Origin: an uncultured Actinomycetes bacterium
Lineage (GTDB): Bacteria; SZUA-79; Acidulodesulfobacterales; Acidulodesulfobacteraceae
Length of the DNA: 64,000 bases
Reading direction: 5' to 3'
Assembly (NCBI GenBank): GCA_964631685.1
Contig: CAZVZU010000002.1
Coordinates: 64,001 to 128,000 of the forward strand
Part shown: positions 11,433-23,181 of the stretch, one piece after another
How the letters are laid out: each line of letters opens with the position of its first letter
Position numbering within the stretch: the stretch's first letter is position 1
Made by a program: the position numbers and the translations under genes
The notes under the pieces: model-generated
What the model saw: the letters and a program-made list of their open reading frames with translations, nothing else
Told to the model about the DNA's origin: nothing
Database searches by the model: none

Positions 11433-11735
11433 TTATTTTGCGACAGAACGACCGCCAGATTTAACTTTAGCCTTCCTATCCCCTGCATGCATGGTAAATG
11501 TCCTAGTTGGTGAAAATTCGCCTAACTTGTGTCCAACCATATTCTCGCTTACAAAAACGGGAATGAATTTTTTACCGTTATACACGGCAAACGTAAATCC
11601 TACCATAGAGGGTAAAATGGTTGACCTCCTAGACCAAGTTTTTATGATTTTTTTATCATTGGCCGCAAACGCTTTTTCCACCTTTTTTGTAAGCGATTCA
11701 TCCGTAAAAGGACCCTTTTTAATAGATCTAGCCAA
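11433..11735 (-). CDS. rpsS: 30S ribosomal protein S19
   Basis: [26 protein letters not shown]; likely TTG start at 11735. Confidence 0.97.
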   Translation of the reverse strand: MARSIKKGPFTDESLTKKVEKAFAANDKKIIKTWSRRSTILPSMVGFTFAVYNGKKFIPVFVSENMVGHKLGEFSPTRTFTMHAGDRKAKVKSGGRSVAK

Positions 11736-11758
11736 AATCAAACTCCCCTTTAATAATT

Positions 11759-12586
11759 TTATTTAACCTTTCTTCTCGATATAATATATTTTGATGTTCT
11801 TTTATTCTTTCTTGTCTTAAAGCCTTTAGTTGGAACTCCCCAAGGTGTAACAGGATGACGCCCACCCGAAGTCTTTCCTTCTCCACCACCGTGCGGATGA
11901 TCTACGGGATTCATAGCAACGCCCCTGACTGTTGGCCTAATACCAAGCCACCTAGACCGACCTGCCTTTCCAATACTTATATTTTCATGATCAATATTTC
12001 CAATCTGACCTATTGTAGCACGACATCCTTCAAGAACCCGCCTAAACTCTCCGGAAGGCATTTTAATCTGAACATAACCGTCACTTTTTCCTTGAAGCTC
12101 AGCGTAAGTGCCAGCGCTCCTCGCAAGCTTCCCCCCTGCATTCGGTTTCAATTCTATATTGTGAATCATTGTGCCAACGGGAATATTACTCAACGGAAGA
12201 CAATTTCCACGCTGTATGTCAGCATCATCCGATGACATAACATTATCACCCTGCTTTAAACCATGCGGACATAGTATATACTTCTTTTCGCCGTCTATAT
12301 AGCTTAAAAGTGCAATCCTTGCGGACCTTATCGGATCATACTCTATCTCTATAACGCGAGCCGGAATATTCCTCTTATCTCGCTTGAAATCAATAATCCT
12401 ATATCTTTTCTTATGTCCACCACCCTTATGCCTGGTTGTTATCCTACCGTTATTATTTCTTCCGGCCTTTCTCTTGTATCCGGACAATAATTTCTTTTCA
12501 GGAAAATCCCGCGTAATTTCAGAAAAATCCGATACGCTCTGAAACCTTCTCCCGCTAGACGTTGGTTTATATTTTTTTAATTGCAT
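11759..12586 (-). CDS. rplB: 50S ribosomal protein L2
   Basis: [30 protein letters not shown]. Confidence 0.99.
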   Translation of the reverse strand: MQLKKYKPTSSGRRFQSVSDFSEITRDFPEKKLLSGYKRKAGRNNNGRITTRHKGGGHKKRYRIIDFKRDKRNIPARVIEIEYDPIRSARIALLSYIDGEKKYILCPHGLKQGDNVMSSDDADIQRGNCLPLSNIPVGTMIHNIELKPNAGGKLARSAGTYAELQGKSDGYVQIKMPSGEFRRVLEGCRATIGQIGNIDHENISIGKAGRSRWLGIRPTVRGVAMNPVDHPHGGGEGKTSGGRHPVTPWGVPTKGFKTRKNKRTSKYIISRRKVK

Positions 12587-12602
12587 CCTTATTATCTCCT
12601 GA

Positions 12603-12890
12603 TTAAGCCTCTAAAGCAGAAATCCTTTGGCCGTCTTTAAGTTTAACATAAGCCTTTTTAAGATTTGGTAATTTACCTACATGCTTCCCTACGCGTCTAA
12701 ATTTACCCCTATTAATTAAGGTATTAACGCTCTCAACCTTAACATTGAAATATTTCTCCATCATGTCTTTAATCTCTTTTTTGTTCGCCTTCTTATTTAC
12801 ACTAAAGACATAAGTATTGTTTATCTCTCTTAATTTTAAACTCTTCTCTGACAACAACGCTTTTTCTAATGCAGTGTATATCTCTTTCAT
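12603..12890 (-). CDS. rplW: 50S ribosomal protein L23
   Basis: ANKKEIK, VESVNT, KKAYVKL; ATGA overlap with rplD. Confidence 0.96.
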   Translation of the reverse strand: MKEIYTALEKALLSEKSLKLREINNTYVFSVNKKANKKEIKDMMEKYFNVKVESVNTLINRGKFRRVGKHVGKLPNLKKAYVKLKDGQRISALEA

Positions 12891-13522
12891 ATCGCAAGAT
12901 TCCTCTCTAATTCTTCATTGGCTTTTACGCTAATTAGTATTTTCTCATATTTAAGTAAATCTATAATACTGATATTATTAACATTGGTTGCCTTAAAGTT
13001 GACAAGATTTCTGGTTGACATTACAATTTTATCGCCGGAGTCAGAAGATGGCAATATAATTAGTCCTTTTTTAATCGCCAGCTTATCGAAAAACGAAACC
13101 ATTGCCTTAGTCTTAATCTCAGGAAGTTCAAAATCCTCAATAAAAATAAGGTGACCCTCTTTATGAAGATATGAGAACGCAGATTTCATCGCTGCCTTCC
13201 TCGCCTTCTTTGGCATATCTTTTTTATAATTCTTTTCACTTTTTGGACCAAAAACAGTACCGCCACCTTTCCACAAAGGAGATCTTATTGAACCTGCCCT
13301 GGCTCTTCCCGTTCCTTTCTGCTTCCATGGTTTAACACCACCGCCCGATACAACCTTTCTGTTTTTAGTAGAAGCGGTGCTAAGCCGTTTATTAGCTAAT
13401 GTTAATAAAACATATTCCTTTATTAACACCTCTTTAACGGGATATGAATAGACAACCTCGTTTAAGTCAACAACTCCTACATTTTCATTGTTTTTGTTTA
13501 CAACATTCACATTATCAGACAT
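12887..13522 (-). CDS. rplD: 50S ribosomal protein L4
   Basis: KPWKQKGTGRARAG, GGGTVFGP. Confidence 0.98.
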   Translation of the reverse strand: MSDNVNVVNKNNENVGVVDLNEVVYSYPVKEVLIKEYVLLTLANKRLSTASTKNRKVVSGGGVKPWKQKGTGRARAGSIRSPLWKGGGTVFGPKSEKNYKKDMPKKARKAAMKSAFSYLHKEGHLIFIEDFELPEIKTKAMVSFFDKLAIKKGLIILPSSDSGDKIVMSTRNLVNFKATNVNNISIIDLLKYEKILISVKANEELERNLAI

Positions 13523-13560
13523 TATAAATCCTTATTTTTATCCCATGCCCTAAGCAGGGT

Positions 13561-14208
13561 TTACTTATTTAATTTTCTTCCTGACTTATCCGCCGCATAT
13601 ATATGTAAAATACCGTTATTAGCACCCGGGACGGGTCCTTTTACAAACAGAAGATTTTCATCAAGATCTACCTTAATAACCTTCAAATTTAATACGGTAT
13701 GTTTATTTGCTCCCATATGACCAGGCATTTTCATTCCTTTAAATACCTTCGATGGATACGACGACTGGCCTATAGAACCTGGCGCTCTATGAAACATCGA
13801 ACCGTGAGTAGCCTTACCTCCGGAAAAACCCCATCTTTTTACAACACCTTGAAAACCCTTTCCCTTAGTAACACCACTAATGGAAACAGATTTTACCTCA
13901 CTAAAAATAGATACGTCTATCACGCTACCTATCTTGACAGCATCAACATCAGTATCTCTGAATTCCTTTAATATTTTCAAAGGCGATATATTATGTTTAG
14001 TAAATTTGCCAAGAATAGGCTTTTTCACCCTATAAGATTTTACTTCTTCAAATCCTAGTTGTACAGCACTGTACCCGTCGGTCTGTCCATTTTTTTTTGT
14101 TACTACGGTGCAAGGTCCAGCCTTAATAACAGTAACAGGCACTACCATTCCGTTCTCATTAAACAGCTGAGTCATTCCAATCTTTTTTCCAATCAATGCT
14201 TTTATCAT
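13561..14208 (-). CDS. rplC: 50S ribosomal protein L3
   Basis: GKKIGMTQ, KGKGFQG, HRAPGSIG. Confidence 0.98.
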   Translation of the reverse strand: MIKALIGKKIGMTQLFNENGMVVPVTVIKAGPCTVVTKKNGQTDGYSAVQLGFEEVKSYRVKKPILGKFTKHNISPLKILKEFRDTDVDAVKIGSVIDVSIFSEVKSVSISGVTKGKGFQGVVKRWGFSGGKATHGSMFHRAPGSIGQSSYPSKVFKGMKMPGHMGANKHTVLNLKVIKVDLDENLLFVKGPVPGANNGILHIYAADKSGRKLNK

Positions 14209-14229
14209 AAATAAGGCTCCAACCTTTTA

Positions 14230-14541
14230 TTAAATCTGCTTAATATCTACATCAATACCTGACGAAAGATCTAATTTCATTAGTGCATCAATAGTAGCTT
14301 GATTTGGCTCTAATAAGTCAATAATTCTTTTATGAGTTCTAATCTCAAATTCCTCTCTAGATTTCTTATCTACATGAGGTGATCTCAATACACAATATTT
14401 ATTAATTTTAGTAGGCAGAGGTATCGGACCGGTAACCTTAGAGCCGGTGCGTTTTGCCGTTTCGACAATTTCTAGAACTGACTGGTCCAATAATCTGTGA
14501 TCGTAAGCTTTAAGCCTGATTCTTATCTTTTGAATATCCAT
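14230..14541 (-). CDS. rpsJ: 30S ribosomal protein S10
   Basis: [28 protein letters not shown]. Confidence 0.98.
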   Translation of the reverse strand: MDIQKIRIRLKAYDHRLLDQSVLEIVETAKRTGSKVTGPIPLPTKINKYCVLRSPHVDKKSREEFEIRTHKRIIDLLEPNQATIDALMKLDLSSGIDVDIKQI

Positions 14542-14543
14542 AA

Positions 14544-15817
14544 ATTATTTTCTCTTACCCCTTTTTTCTATTTTACTTACTCTATAACCTCGGTTACGAC
14601 TCCGGCGCCCACGGTGTGTCCGCCTTCTCTGATAGCAAATCTTAATTCCTTTTCTGCGGCTATCGGGGTAATAAGCTCAACCCTCATTGAGACATTATCT
14701 CCCGGCATCACCATTTCAATACCTTCCGGCAGGGTGCAAACCCCGGTAACGTCAGTAGTTCTAAAATAGAACTGAGGACGATAACCGTTAAAGAACGGGG
14801 TGTGGCGACCACCTTCCTCTTTGGTAAGAATATACGCTTCAATCTTAAATCTCTTATGAGGAGTTATTGAACCGGGTTTTGCTAATACCATGCCGCGTTC
14901 AACCTCTTCGCGTTTTTTACCCCTTAAAAGTATGCCGACGTTGTCGCCTGCCTGACCTTCGTCTAAGAGTTTTCTAAACATTTCTACGCCTGTCACGACA
15001 GTCTTAGATGTCTCTCGCATTCCCACGAGTTCAACCTCATCTCCAACCTTTATTATTCCCCTTTCTACTCTGCCCGTTGCAACGGTTCCTCTTCCGGATA
15101 TGGAAAACACATCTTCAACCGGCATAAGGAATGGTCTGTCAATATCCCTTTTAGGAACCGGAATATATTTATCTACTGCATCCATGAGATCGACTATTTT
15201 CTGAGTCCATTCATTGTCAGATTCTGCCTCAAGGGCTTTAAGAGCCGAACCCTGTATTACAGGAACATCATCTCCTGGAAAATTATAAGACGTAAGCAGC
15301 TCCCTTACCTCGAGTTCTACAAGCTCAAGAAGCTCAGGATCATCTACCATATCAACCTTATTCAAAAATACCACTATGTAGGGAACGCCAACCTGGCGAG
15401 CCAAAAGTATATGCTCTCTGGTCTGAGGCATTGGTCCGTCGGCAGCCGAAACAACAAGTATTGCTCCATCCATTTGAGCTGCGCCGGTAATCATATTCTT
15501 AACATAATCGGCATGACCAGGGCAATCGACATGTGCATAGTGTCTTTTATCCGTAGTATACTCAACATGAGATGTCGCTATCGTAATGCCCCTTTCTTTT
15601 TCTTCTGGAGCGTTATCTATTTGATCGTAAGATTTAAACAAAGCGCCGCCCTTTCTTGCAAGAACCTTGGTTATTGCAGCAGTTAGCGTAGTCTTGCCAT
15701 GGTCAACATGACCTATTGTGCCTATATTGACATGTGGTTTCGATCTGTCAAATTTCTCTTTGGACATCTAATCCTCCTACGTAATATTTATTTACCTTGT
15801 GATTTAGCAATAATTTC
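14544..15817. repeat. Copy 1 of a 1274-bp direct repeat (tuf plus flanks)
   Basis: Matches 30950-32223 at constant offset 16406; both ends read by eye; identical tuf translations and identical antisense ORF translations. Confidence 0.9.
14577..15767 (-). CDS. tuf: Elongation factor Tu (copy in str operon)
   Basis: [25 protein letters not shown]. Confidence 0.99.
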   Translation of the reverse strand: MSKEKFDRSKPHVNIGTIGHVDHGKTTLTAAITKVLARKGGALFKSYDQIDNAPEEKERGITIATSHVEYTTDKRHYAHVDCPGHADYVKNMITGAAQMDGAILVVSAADGPMPQTREHILLARQVGVPYIVVFLNKVDMVDDPELLELVELEVRELLTSYNFPGDDVPVIQGSALKALEAESDNEWTQKIVDLMDAVDKYIPVPKRDIDRPFLMPVEDVFSISGRGTVATGRVERGIIKVGDEVELVGMRETSKTVVTGVEMFRKLLDEGQAGDNVGILLRGKKREEVERGMVLAKPGSITPHKRFKIEAYILTKEEGGRHTPFFNGYRPQFYFRTTDVTGVCTLPEGIEMVMPGDNVSMRVELITPIAAEKELRFAIREGGHTVGAGVVTEVIE

Positions 15818-17869
15818 ATCAGCTATCATTTTAGGTACATGTTCATATTTAAGAAATTCCATAGTATAGTTAGCCCTACCCTGCGTCTTTGACCTTAAAT
15901 CTGTCGAATAACCGAACATTTCAGCTAACGGAACATCTGTGTTTATAACCTGCACACCCCTTCTCTCTTCCAAATTAATAATCTTTCCTCTTCTAGAATT
16001 CAGATCCCCTATAACATCACCCATGAAATCTTCCGGTACCAAAACTTCAACCTTCATTATAGGCTCCAAAAGAACAGGTGAAGCCTTTTTAGCGCCGTCT
16101 TTAAATGCCATCGATGCAGCAATCTTAAACGCCATTTCGGAAGAATCAACCTCATGAAATGACCCGTCATACACGGTAGCTTTAATATCAACCACCGGAT
16201 AGCCAGCTAATACTCCGCTTGTTAATGCCTCGGCAATACCTTTATTAACAGCAGGTATATATTCCGTAGGAATAACCCCGCCTTTTATTTTATTGACAAA
16301 TTCATAGCCTGCACCCTTTCCAAGAGGCTCAAGCTCAAGTCGCACATGACCATATTGCCCTCTACCACCCGATTGGCGAATAAATTTACCCTCACATTTA
16401 ACGCTTTTATCAATCGTCTCTTTGTATGCAACTTGAGGTTTACCGACATCAGCATCAACCTTAAACTCTCTCAGCAACCTATCTACAATTATTTCAAGAT
16501 GAAGCTCGCCCATCCCTGAAATTATAGTTTGTCCTGTTTCTAAATCGGTCTTAACCCTGAATGACGGATCCTCAATTGTTAACTTCTGCAACGACAATCC
16601 TAATTTATCTTGATCTGCCTTAGTTTTAGGCTCAATTGCAACAGATATAACCGGTTCAGGAAACTCCATCGATTCAAGAACTATCGGATTAGAATCATCG
16701 CAAAGCGTATCCCCTGTAACGGTGCTTCTCAACCCAACGGCTGCAGCAATATCGCCCGCACAAATCTCCTTTACTTCCTCTTTTTTATTCGCGTGCATTC
16801 TTAAAAGCCTTCCGACTCTTTCTTTAGAATCTTTGGTAGAATTATATACATATGACCCCGAAGTAAGAACGCCAGAATAGACCCTAACATATGTCAATTG
16901 ACCCGTATAAGGATCGGATGCAATCTTAAAAGCCAAAGCTGCAAAAGGCTCTTCGTTGGAAGCATTCCTTATCTCTTCTTTTTCTGTTTTGGGATTTATT
17001 CCATTAACAGCCGGCACTTCCATAGGAGATGGTAAATAGTCGATTATAGCGTCCAACAACTGTTGTACTCCCTTATTCTTAAATGCAGACCCACAAAACA
17101 CGGGGACAACCTTGAATTCAAGCGACGCTTTCCTTATAGTTTTTTTGGCAGAGTCAATATCTACCTCTTCGCTATTCAAATATTTCTCCATTAAACTATC
17201 GTCAAAATCACATGATCTTTCAATAAACTCATTATGATATTTCTCTGCATCTGAAACATATTCCTTTGGAATATCTGTTATATCATATTCTGATCCAAGG
17301 TCCTCATTTTTATAAATATAGGCTTTCATTGTTACAACATCAATAACGCCCTTAAAATTATCTTCAAGGCCAAACGGAATCTGCATAATAACAGGTACAG
17401 CACTAAGTCTTTCTCTAATCATATTTACGCATCTAAAAAAATCTGCGCCGGTTCTATCCATTTTATTTACAAAACATATTCTAGGCACCTTATATTTATC
17501 GGCTTGTCTCCAAACAGTCTCGGATTGCGGTTCAACCCCTGCCACGCCGTCGAACACAGCCACCGCTCCGTCGAGCACCCTTAAAGATCTCTCCACCTCT
17601 ATCGTAAAATCAACGTGCCCTGGAGTATCTATAATATTGATTTTGTTATTTTTCCAAAAACACGTCGTTGCGGCAGAAGTAATGGTGATACCTCTTTCTT
17701 GCTCCTGCTCCATCCAATCCATTGTGGCAGTACCTTCGTGCACTTCGCCAATCTTATAATTAACCCCGGTATAATATAAAATCCTCTCCGTCGTCGTAGT
17801 TTTACCGGCATCAATATGCGCCATAATGCCTATATTTCTCGTGTTTTCTAAAGATATCCTGTCAGCCAT
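15788..17869 (-). CDS. fusA: Elongation factor G
   Basis: [26 protein letters not shown]. Confidence 0.99.
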   Translation of the reverse strand: MADRISLENTRNIGIMAHIDAGKTTTTERILYYTGVNYKIGEVHEGTATMDWMEQEQERGITITSAATTCFWKNNKINIIDTPGHVDFTIEVERSLRVLDGAVAVFDGVAGVEPQSETVWRQADKYKVPRICFVNKMDRTGADFFRCVNMIRERLSAVPVIMQIPFGLEDNFKGVIDVVTMKAYIYKNEDLGSEYDITDIPKEYVSDAEKYHNEFIERSCDFDDSLMEKYLNSEEVDIDSAKKTIRKASLEFKVVPVFCGSAFKNKGVQQLLDAIIDYLPSPMEVPAVNGINPKTEKEEIRNASNEEPFAALAFKIASDPYTGQLTYVRVYSGVLTSGSYVYNSTKDSKERVGRLLRMHANKKEEVKEICAGDIAAAVGLRSTVTGDTLCDDSNPIVLESMEFPEPVISVAIEPKTKADQDKLGLSLQKLTIEDPSFRVKTDLETGQTIISGMGELHLEIIVDRLLREFKVDADVGKPQVAYKETIDKSVKCEGKFIRQSGGRGQYGHVRLELEPLGKGAGYEFVNKIKGGVIPTEYIPAVNKGIAEALTSGVLAGYPVVDIKATVYDGSFHEVDSSEMAFKIAASMAFKDGAKKASPVLLEPIMKVEVLVPEDFMGDVIGDLNSRRGKIINLEERRGVQVINTDVPLAEMFGYSTDLRSKTQGRANYTMEFLKYEHVPKMIADEIIAKSQGK

Positions 17870-17886
17870 TTAGTCCTTCCTATTTA

Positions 17887-18357
17887 TTACCACTTAAAAT
17901 GAGCAAAAGCCTTATTAGCCTCAGCCATTCTAAATGTATCTTCCTTCTTTTTAATTGAGCTACCCTTATTATTTGCGGCATCTAGTATTTCAAGTGCAAG
18001 GCTTTCTTCCATAGATTTCTCATTCCTTGCCCTTGCGTACTCTATGATCCATCTTATTGCCAAATATAATTTTCTATCAGTTCTGACTTCAATAGGAACT
18101 TGGTAGTTAGACCCCCCTATCCTTCTCGCTTTTACTTCAAGAACGGGTTTGACATTATCTATCGCCTGCCTAAAAATTTTAAGGCCATCATCCTTGGTCT
18201 TTTCGTTGATTATATCAAGCGACCTATAAAATATCCTCTCGCTAACGCTTTTCTTTCCGTTATACATAAGTTTATTTATAAACTTTTGAACTATCTTATC
18301 GCCAAACTTCGAGTCATCATTGATGACTCTCTTGACTGCCCTTTTTCTCCGAGACAA
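17887..18357 (-). CDS. rpsG: 30S ribosomal protein S7
   Basis: RRIGGSNYQVP, MAEANKAFAHF; TTG start. Confidence 0.98.
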   Translation of the reverse strand: MSRRKRAVKRVINDDSKFGDKIVQKFINKLMYNGKKSVSERIFYRSLDIINEKTKDDGLKIFRQAIDNVKPVLEVKARRIGGSNYQVPIEVRTDRKLYLAIRWIIEYARARNEKSMEESLALEILDAANNKGSSIKKKEDTFRMAEANKAFAHFKW

Positions 18358-18383
18358 TTTTAACTCCTCACTTTATACCGCTA

Positions 18384-18755
18384 TTATTTAGTCCTCTTAG
18401 CCCCATACTTAGATCTACTTTGCTTTCTTCCGTTAACACCGACGCAATCAAGCGCGCCCCTGATTATATGATACCTAACACCTGGTAAATCCTTGACTCT
18501 TCCGCCTCTAATGAGCACTACCGAGTGCTCCTGCAGATTATGTCCCTCTCCTGGTATGTAGGAAGTTACTTCCATACCGTTAGTCAGTTTAACCCTTGCA
18601 ACCTTACGAAGAGCCGAGTTAGGCTTTTTTGGGGTAGTGGTATATACCCTGACACAAACTCCCCTTTTTTGAGGAGAACCCTTTAACGCAGGAGAAGATG
18701 TTTTCTTTAAGACCTTCTTCCTAGCTTTCCTGATTAATTGATTTACGGTTGGCAA
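18384..18755 (-). CDS. rpsL: 30S ribosomal protein S12
   Basis: [25 protein letters not shown] start. Confidence 0.99.
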   Translation of the reverse strand: MPTVNQLIRKARKKVLKKTSSPALKGSPQKRGVCVRVYTTTPKKPNSALRKVARVKLTNGMEVTSYIPGEGHNLQEHSVVLIRGGRVKDLPGVRYHIIRGALDCVGVNGRKQSRSKYGAKRTK

Positions 18756-18864
18756 GACAACCCCCCCTTTTTTTCTTATATTTAGTTATAAACTATTTAG
18801 TTAAATTTTAAAAATTAGTAAAACCTATAATGCTTCCTTAAAAAAACAATTTGTTGAATTATAG

Positions 18865-18893
18865 ATTCTAATATTTAATTACCTTTTTGTCAA
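18865..18893 (-). promoter_or_regulatory. Sigma70-type promoter for rpsL (str/S10 operons)
   Basis: Minus strand TTGACA-17 nt-TAGAAT in the rpoC-rpsL spacer. Confidence 0.75.
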
Positions 18894-18918
18894 CAACTTT
18901 TTGTTAAAAACCAAAAAA

Positions 18919-21900
18919 TTATGATACATCTACATCTAATCCTAAATATTCCTTAGATCCTGTACCTGCCGGTATAAGCCTTCCCATGATCACGTTTTCC
19001 TTAAGACCCTTCAGATAATCCACCTTACCGTGGATAGCCGCTTCAGTCAGCACCTTCGTGGTTTCCTGAAATGATGCCGCAGAAATAAAGCTTTCCGTGC
19101 TTAAGGAAGCTTTGGTTATACCCATTAATTCGGGCTCCGCTATGGCAGGATCATTACCTTCTCTTATGGTGCGCTCGTTTTCTGTATCAAATGTGCTTTT
19201 ACTTACAATCTCATCCTCAATAAACTTAGAGCTTCCGGAATTCTTAATCCTTACATTCTTGAGCATCTGCTTAACGATTACCTCAATATGCTTATCGTTT
19301 ATTTTAACACCCTGCAACCTGTAAACCTCTTGAATTTCATCGACCAAAAATTTGGCAAGTTCTTTTTCTCCGAGAACCTTTAGGATATCGTGAGGATTAG
19401 GTGAGCCATCCATTAAAGGCTCTCCGGCCTTAACATAATCACCTTCATGAACACTGACGAGTTTGCCCTTGGGGATAAAATACTCCCTAGGTTCTCCATT
19501 TAGAGGCTCAACAATAACCCTTCTTTTACCCTTAAAATCACGCCCAAAAGAAACCTTTCCGCTTATCTCGGTTATAACTGCACATTCCTTGGGTTTTCTT
19601 GCTTCAAATAGTTCGACTACCTTTGGCAGGCCACCCGTAATATCCTTAGTCTTAGTGGTCTCTCGCGGAATTCTTGCAATAACATCCCCCGCAAAAACCT
19701 CGTCCCCGTCTTGGACAGACAAATATGACCCCATAGGCATTAAATAAGTTTTTTCATTGTCACTAGATTCAGTTGATCTAATAATTATCTTCGGTCTTAA
19801 GGTTTGGTCTCTTGATTCCATGATAACCTTCCTTGATAAACCAGATGTTTCATCAACCTGTTCCTGCATGGTTTCATTTTCCCTTATATCATCAAACCTC
19901 ACAGTTCCGGAAATATCTGCAATTATAGGGCTAATATAGGAATCCCAATCCGCCAACAAAGTATTTGTCTTGATCTTAGAATTCGGTTCAACTTTTATTT
20001 TTGAACCATAAGTTAACTGAACCCTTTCTATCTCTCGTCCTAAGTCATCCGATATGGTAATTTCACCATTTTTATTCATAACGACATATTCATTGTCTCT
20101 ATTTTTAATGATATTGATGTTATTAAATTTAACAACTCCCTCATATTTATTTTCAACACTTGTTTGTTCAGACCTCCTTGACGCAGTACCCCCAACATGG
20201 AACGTCCTCATAGTCAACTGAGTTCCCGGCTCACCGATAGACTGGGCTGCCATAGTACCGATTGATTCTCCAATGTTTACCAAGTGTCCTCTTGCCAAAT
20301 CTCTCCCATAGCATCTTACACACACACCATTTTTTGCATTACAAGTCAACACAGACCTTATCTTGACACTTTCAATGTGTGCATTTTCTATCAATGATTG
20401 ATGAGATTCTTGAATTTCCTCGTTAGCCTTAACAATCAATGCCCCCGTGAACGGATCTATGATATCCTCCAAGGCAACCCTTCCTAGTATTCTATCCGCA
20501 ATAGGTTCTATCACATCTCCGCTTTCCACTAATGTCGAAACCACTATTCCGTCTATTGTATGGCAGTCATGCTCGGTTATAATAGTATCTTGAGCAACAT
20601 CAACCAATCTTCTGGTTAAATATCCCGAGTTAGATGTCTTTAAGGCCGTATCTGCAAGCCCCTTTCTGGCACCGTGTGTTGATATAAAATACTGTAAGAC
20701 AGTAAGCCCCTCTCTAAAATTGGCGGTTATGGGCGTTTCGATAATTTCCCCGGACGGTTTGGCCATTAATCCCCTCATGCCGGCAAGCTGTCTTATCTGT
20801 GCTTCCGAACCCCTCGAACCGGAGTCCGCCATCATAAAGATAGAATTAAGACTTTTCCCTTTAACCTTATCCTTTTTGTTGTTTCCTGAATATTCCTGGG
20901 TACCCAATTTATTCATCATAACTGCTGCTATCTCATCAGTTGAATTAGCCCATGTATCAACTACCTTATTATACCGCTCTCCATTAGTTATGAGTCCTTC
21001 TTTATAGCTATTTTCTATCTCTTCGACCTTAGCGGTTGCCTCTTTGATGATACTCGTTTTTTCGGATGGAACCCTCATATCACTTATACAAATAGATATA
21101 CTGGATTTAGTAGAATATTCAAAGCCCATAGACTTCAGCTTATCCGCAAGTATGACGGTCTTTTTTGGACCACATATTCTAAAAGCATAATCTATTAAAT
21201 TTGAAATCTCTTTTTTGGACATAACGGTATTTACAAACGAAAAATCTATTTCATGTGGTATTATCTCATAGAGTATAACCCGACCTACAGTTGTCTTCTC
21301 TATTTTGCTATTGATTTTTGCTTTTATACGCGCATGAAGACTCACAGCGCCATTATCATAAGCGAACTTGACTTCGTTTGAATTGGAAAATATCTTATTT
21401 TCCCCTTTTGCAAACGGTATGTCTCTCGTCATATAATATAAACCAAGGACTATATCCTGGGAAGGTACGATAATCGGTTTTCCATTAGCTGGAGAAAGTA
21501 TATTGTTGGTTGCCATCATCAAAACCCTAGCCTCTACTTGAGCCTCTATTGACAACGGAACATGAACTGCCATCTGATCTCCATCGAAATCTGCATTAAA
21601 CGCTGCGCAAACCAACGGATGCAAGTGTATGGCCTTGCCTTCCACCAACACGGGTTCAAAAGCTTGTATGCCAAGCCTATGAAGTGTAGGCGCCCTGTTT
21701 AGTAAAACGGGATGTTCTTGAATTACCTCCTCTAAAACATCGAAAACCTCCGGTGCTTCCCTATCAACCAATTTTTTTGTGGCCTTAAGCGTATCTGTTA
21801 CGCCATTCTGTAATAATTTATGAAAAATAAATGGCTTAAAGAGTTCAATCGCCATTTTTTTAGGTAAACCACACTGATGGAGTTTTAGCTCCGGACCCAC

Positions 21901-23181
21901 GACTATAACCGACCTTCCGGAATAATCCACGCGCTTGCCTAATAAATTAAGCCTGAATCTGCCCGTTTTTCCCTTTAGCATTTCGCTTAAGGATTTTAGA
22001 GGTCTCCTATTGGAACCCATGATTACGCGGCCACGCCTGCCATTATCAAAGAGCGCATCCACCGCTTCTTGTAGCATTCTTTTTTCATTCTTTATAATTA
22101 TATCCGGGGCAGACAGTTCAATCAGCTTCTTTAACCTATTGTTCCTATTTATGACCCTTCTGTATAAATCATTCAGATCTGAACTTGCAAATCTTCCGCC
22201 CTCAAGCGGCACTAGCGGACGTAAATCCGGAGGAATAACCGGAATTGCATCTAAGATCATCCATTCAGGCCTATTTGCCGATACCTTAAATGCTTCAATT
22301 AATTTTAATTGTTTCGCAAGTTTTTTCTTCTTAATGCCGCTAGGTAGATCTTTTATTTCTTCCTTAATATCTTCGGACAATGATACAAGGTCAATTTTCT
22401 TGAGTAATTCTTTTAGTGCTTCCGCTCCTATACCAGCCTTAAAATCGTATCCTTCTTTCTTCAGTTTTTGATAACTTTCCTCACTTATAATATCCTTATA
22501 TTTTAATCCGATCTTCTCTGCATCACCAGGCTCTATAACAACATAAGATTCAAAATAAAGAATCTTTTCTATGTCCTTGAGTGTCATGTCGAGTATGCTT
22601 CCAATTCTTGAGGGCAAGCTCTTAAAAAACCATATATGAGCAACGGGAGCAGCAAGCTGAATATGTCCTAATCTCTCCCTTCTTACCTTAGATGAAATTA
22701 CCTCTACACCACATTTCTCGCATATTATGCCCCGATGTTTCATTCTCTTGTATTTTCCGCAATTACACTCATAATCCTTAATCGGACCAAAAATTCTTGC
22801 GCAAAAAAGACCATCTCTTTCAGGTTTCAATGTTCTATAATTTATGGTCTCCGGTTTTTTAACCTCTCCATGTGACCATTTTTTTATAGTTTCGGGAGAT
22901 GCAATTCCTAATCTGATGGAATTAAAACTTAAGGGGTCGTTAACACCTTCTCTGTCATTCATAAAGAAGAAGTCCCTTTTATTTTTACCGTCAAATAATC
23001 TTTCCAGATTAGGTTCTTTTGCCTCTGTTTTTATCATTCCAGCATATTTGGAAATATCATTCATACTAATGGTATTATTGCTATTGTCATCGTCGTTCGT
23101 GCTACTACCATTATCAGCATCACCAACGATGTCCTTATTAGCATCATTGCTATATTTATCCGGATCGTCATCAATCAACAT
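18919..23181 (-). CDS. rpoC: RNA polymerase beta' subunit (acidic N-terminal extension)
   Basis: NADFDGD catalytic motif, Zn-ribbon Cys residues, [13 protein letters not shown]. Confidence 0.99.
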   Translation of the reverse strand: MLIDDDPDKYSNDANKDIVGDADNGSSTNDDDNSNNTISMNDISKYAGMIKTEAKEPNLERLFDGKNKRDFFFMNDREGVNDPLSFNSIRLGIASPETIKKWSHGEVKKPETINYRTLKPERDGLFCARIFGPIKDYECNCGKYKRMKHRGIICEKCGVEVISSKVRRERLGHIQLAAPVAHIWFFKSLPSRIGSILDMTLKDIEKILYFESYVVIEPGDAEKIGLKYKDIISEESYQKLKKEGYDFKAGIGAEALKELLKKIDLVSLSEDIKEEIKDLPSGIKKKKLAKQLKLIEAFKVSANRPEWMILDAIPVIPPDLRPLVPLEGGRFASSDLNDLYRRVINRNNRLKKLIELSAPDIIIKNEKRMLQEAVDALFDNGRRGRVIMGSNRRPLKSLSEMLKGKTGRFRLNLLGKRVDYSGRSVIVVGPELKLHQCGLPKKMAIELFKPFIFHKLLQNGVTDTLKATKKLVDREAPEVFDVLEEVIQEHPVLLNRAPTLHRLGIQAFEPVLVEGKAIHLHPLVCAAFNADFDGDQMAVHVPLSIEAQVEARVLMMATNNILSPANGKPIIVPSQDIVLGLYYMTRDIPFAKGENKIFSNSNEVKFAYDNGAVSLHARIKAKINSKIEKTTVGRVILYEIIPHEIDFSFVNTVMSKKEISNLIDYAFRICGPKKTVILADKLKSMGFEYSTKSSISICISDMRVPSEKTSIIKEATAKVEEIENSYKEGLITNGERYNKVVDTWANSTDEIAAVMMNKLGTQEYSGNNKKDKVKGKSLNSIFMMADSGSRGSEAQIRQLAGMRGLMAKPSGEIIETPITANFREGLTVLQYFISTHGARKGLADTALKTSNSGYLTRRLVDVAQDTIITEHDCHTIDGIVVSTLVESGDVIEPIADRILGRVALEDIIDPFTGALIVKANEEIQESHQSLIENAHIESVKIRSVLTCNAKNGVCVRCYGRDLARGHLVNIGESIGTMAAQSIGEPGTQLTMRTFHVGGTASRRSEQTSVENKYEGVVKFNNINIIKNRDNEYVVMNKNGEITISDDLGREIERVQLTYGSKIKVEPNSKIKTNTLLADWDSYISPIIADISGTVRFDDIRENETMQEQVDETSGLSRKVIMESRDQTLRPKIIIRSTESSDNEKTYLMPMGSYLSVQDGDEVFAGDVIARIPRETTKTKDITGGLPKVVELFEARKPKECAVITEISGKVSFGRDFKGKRRVIVEPLNGEPREYFIPKGKLVSVHEGDYVKAGEPLMDGSPNPHDILKVLGEKELAKFLVDEIQEVYRLQGVKINDKHIEVIVKQMLKNVRIKNSGSSKFIEDEIVSKSTFDTENERTIREGNDPAIAEPELMGITKASLSTESFISAASFQETTKVLTEAAIHGKVDYLKGLKENVIMGRLIPAGTGSKEYLGLDVDVS

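Noticed and set aside
23171..23181. Possible rpoB-rpoC fusion or readthrough of the rpoB TGA
   Set aside because: The genes are in different frames with an 11-nt overlap, and rpoC has its own SD and ATG.
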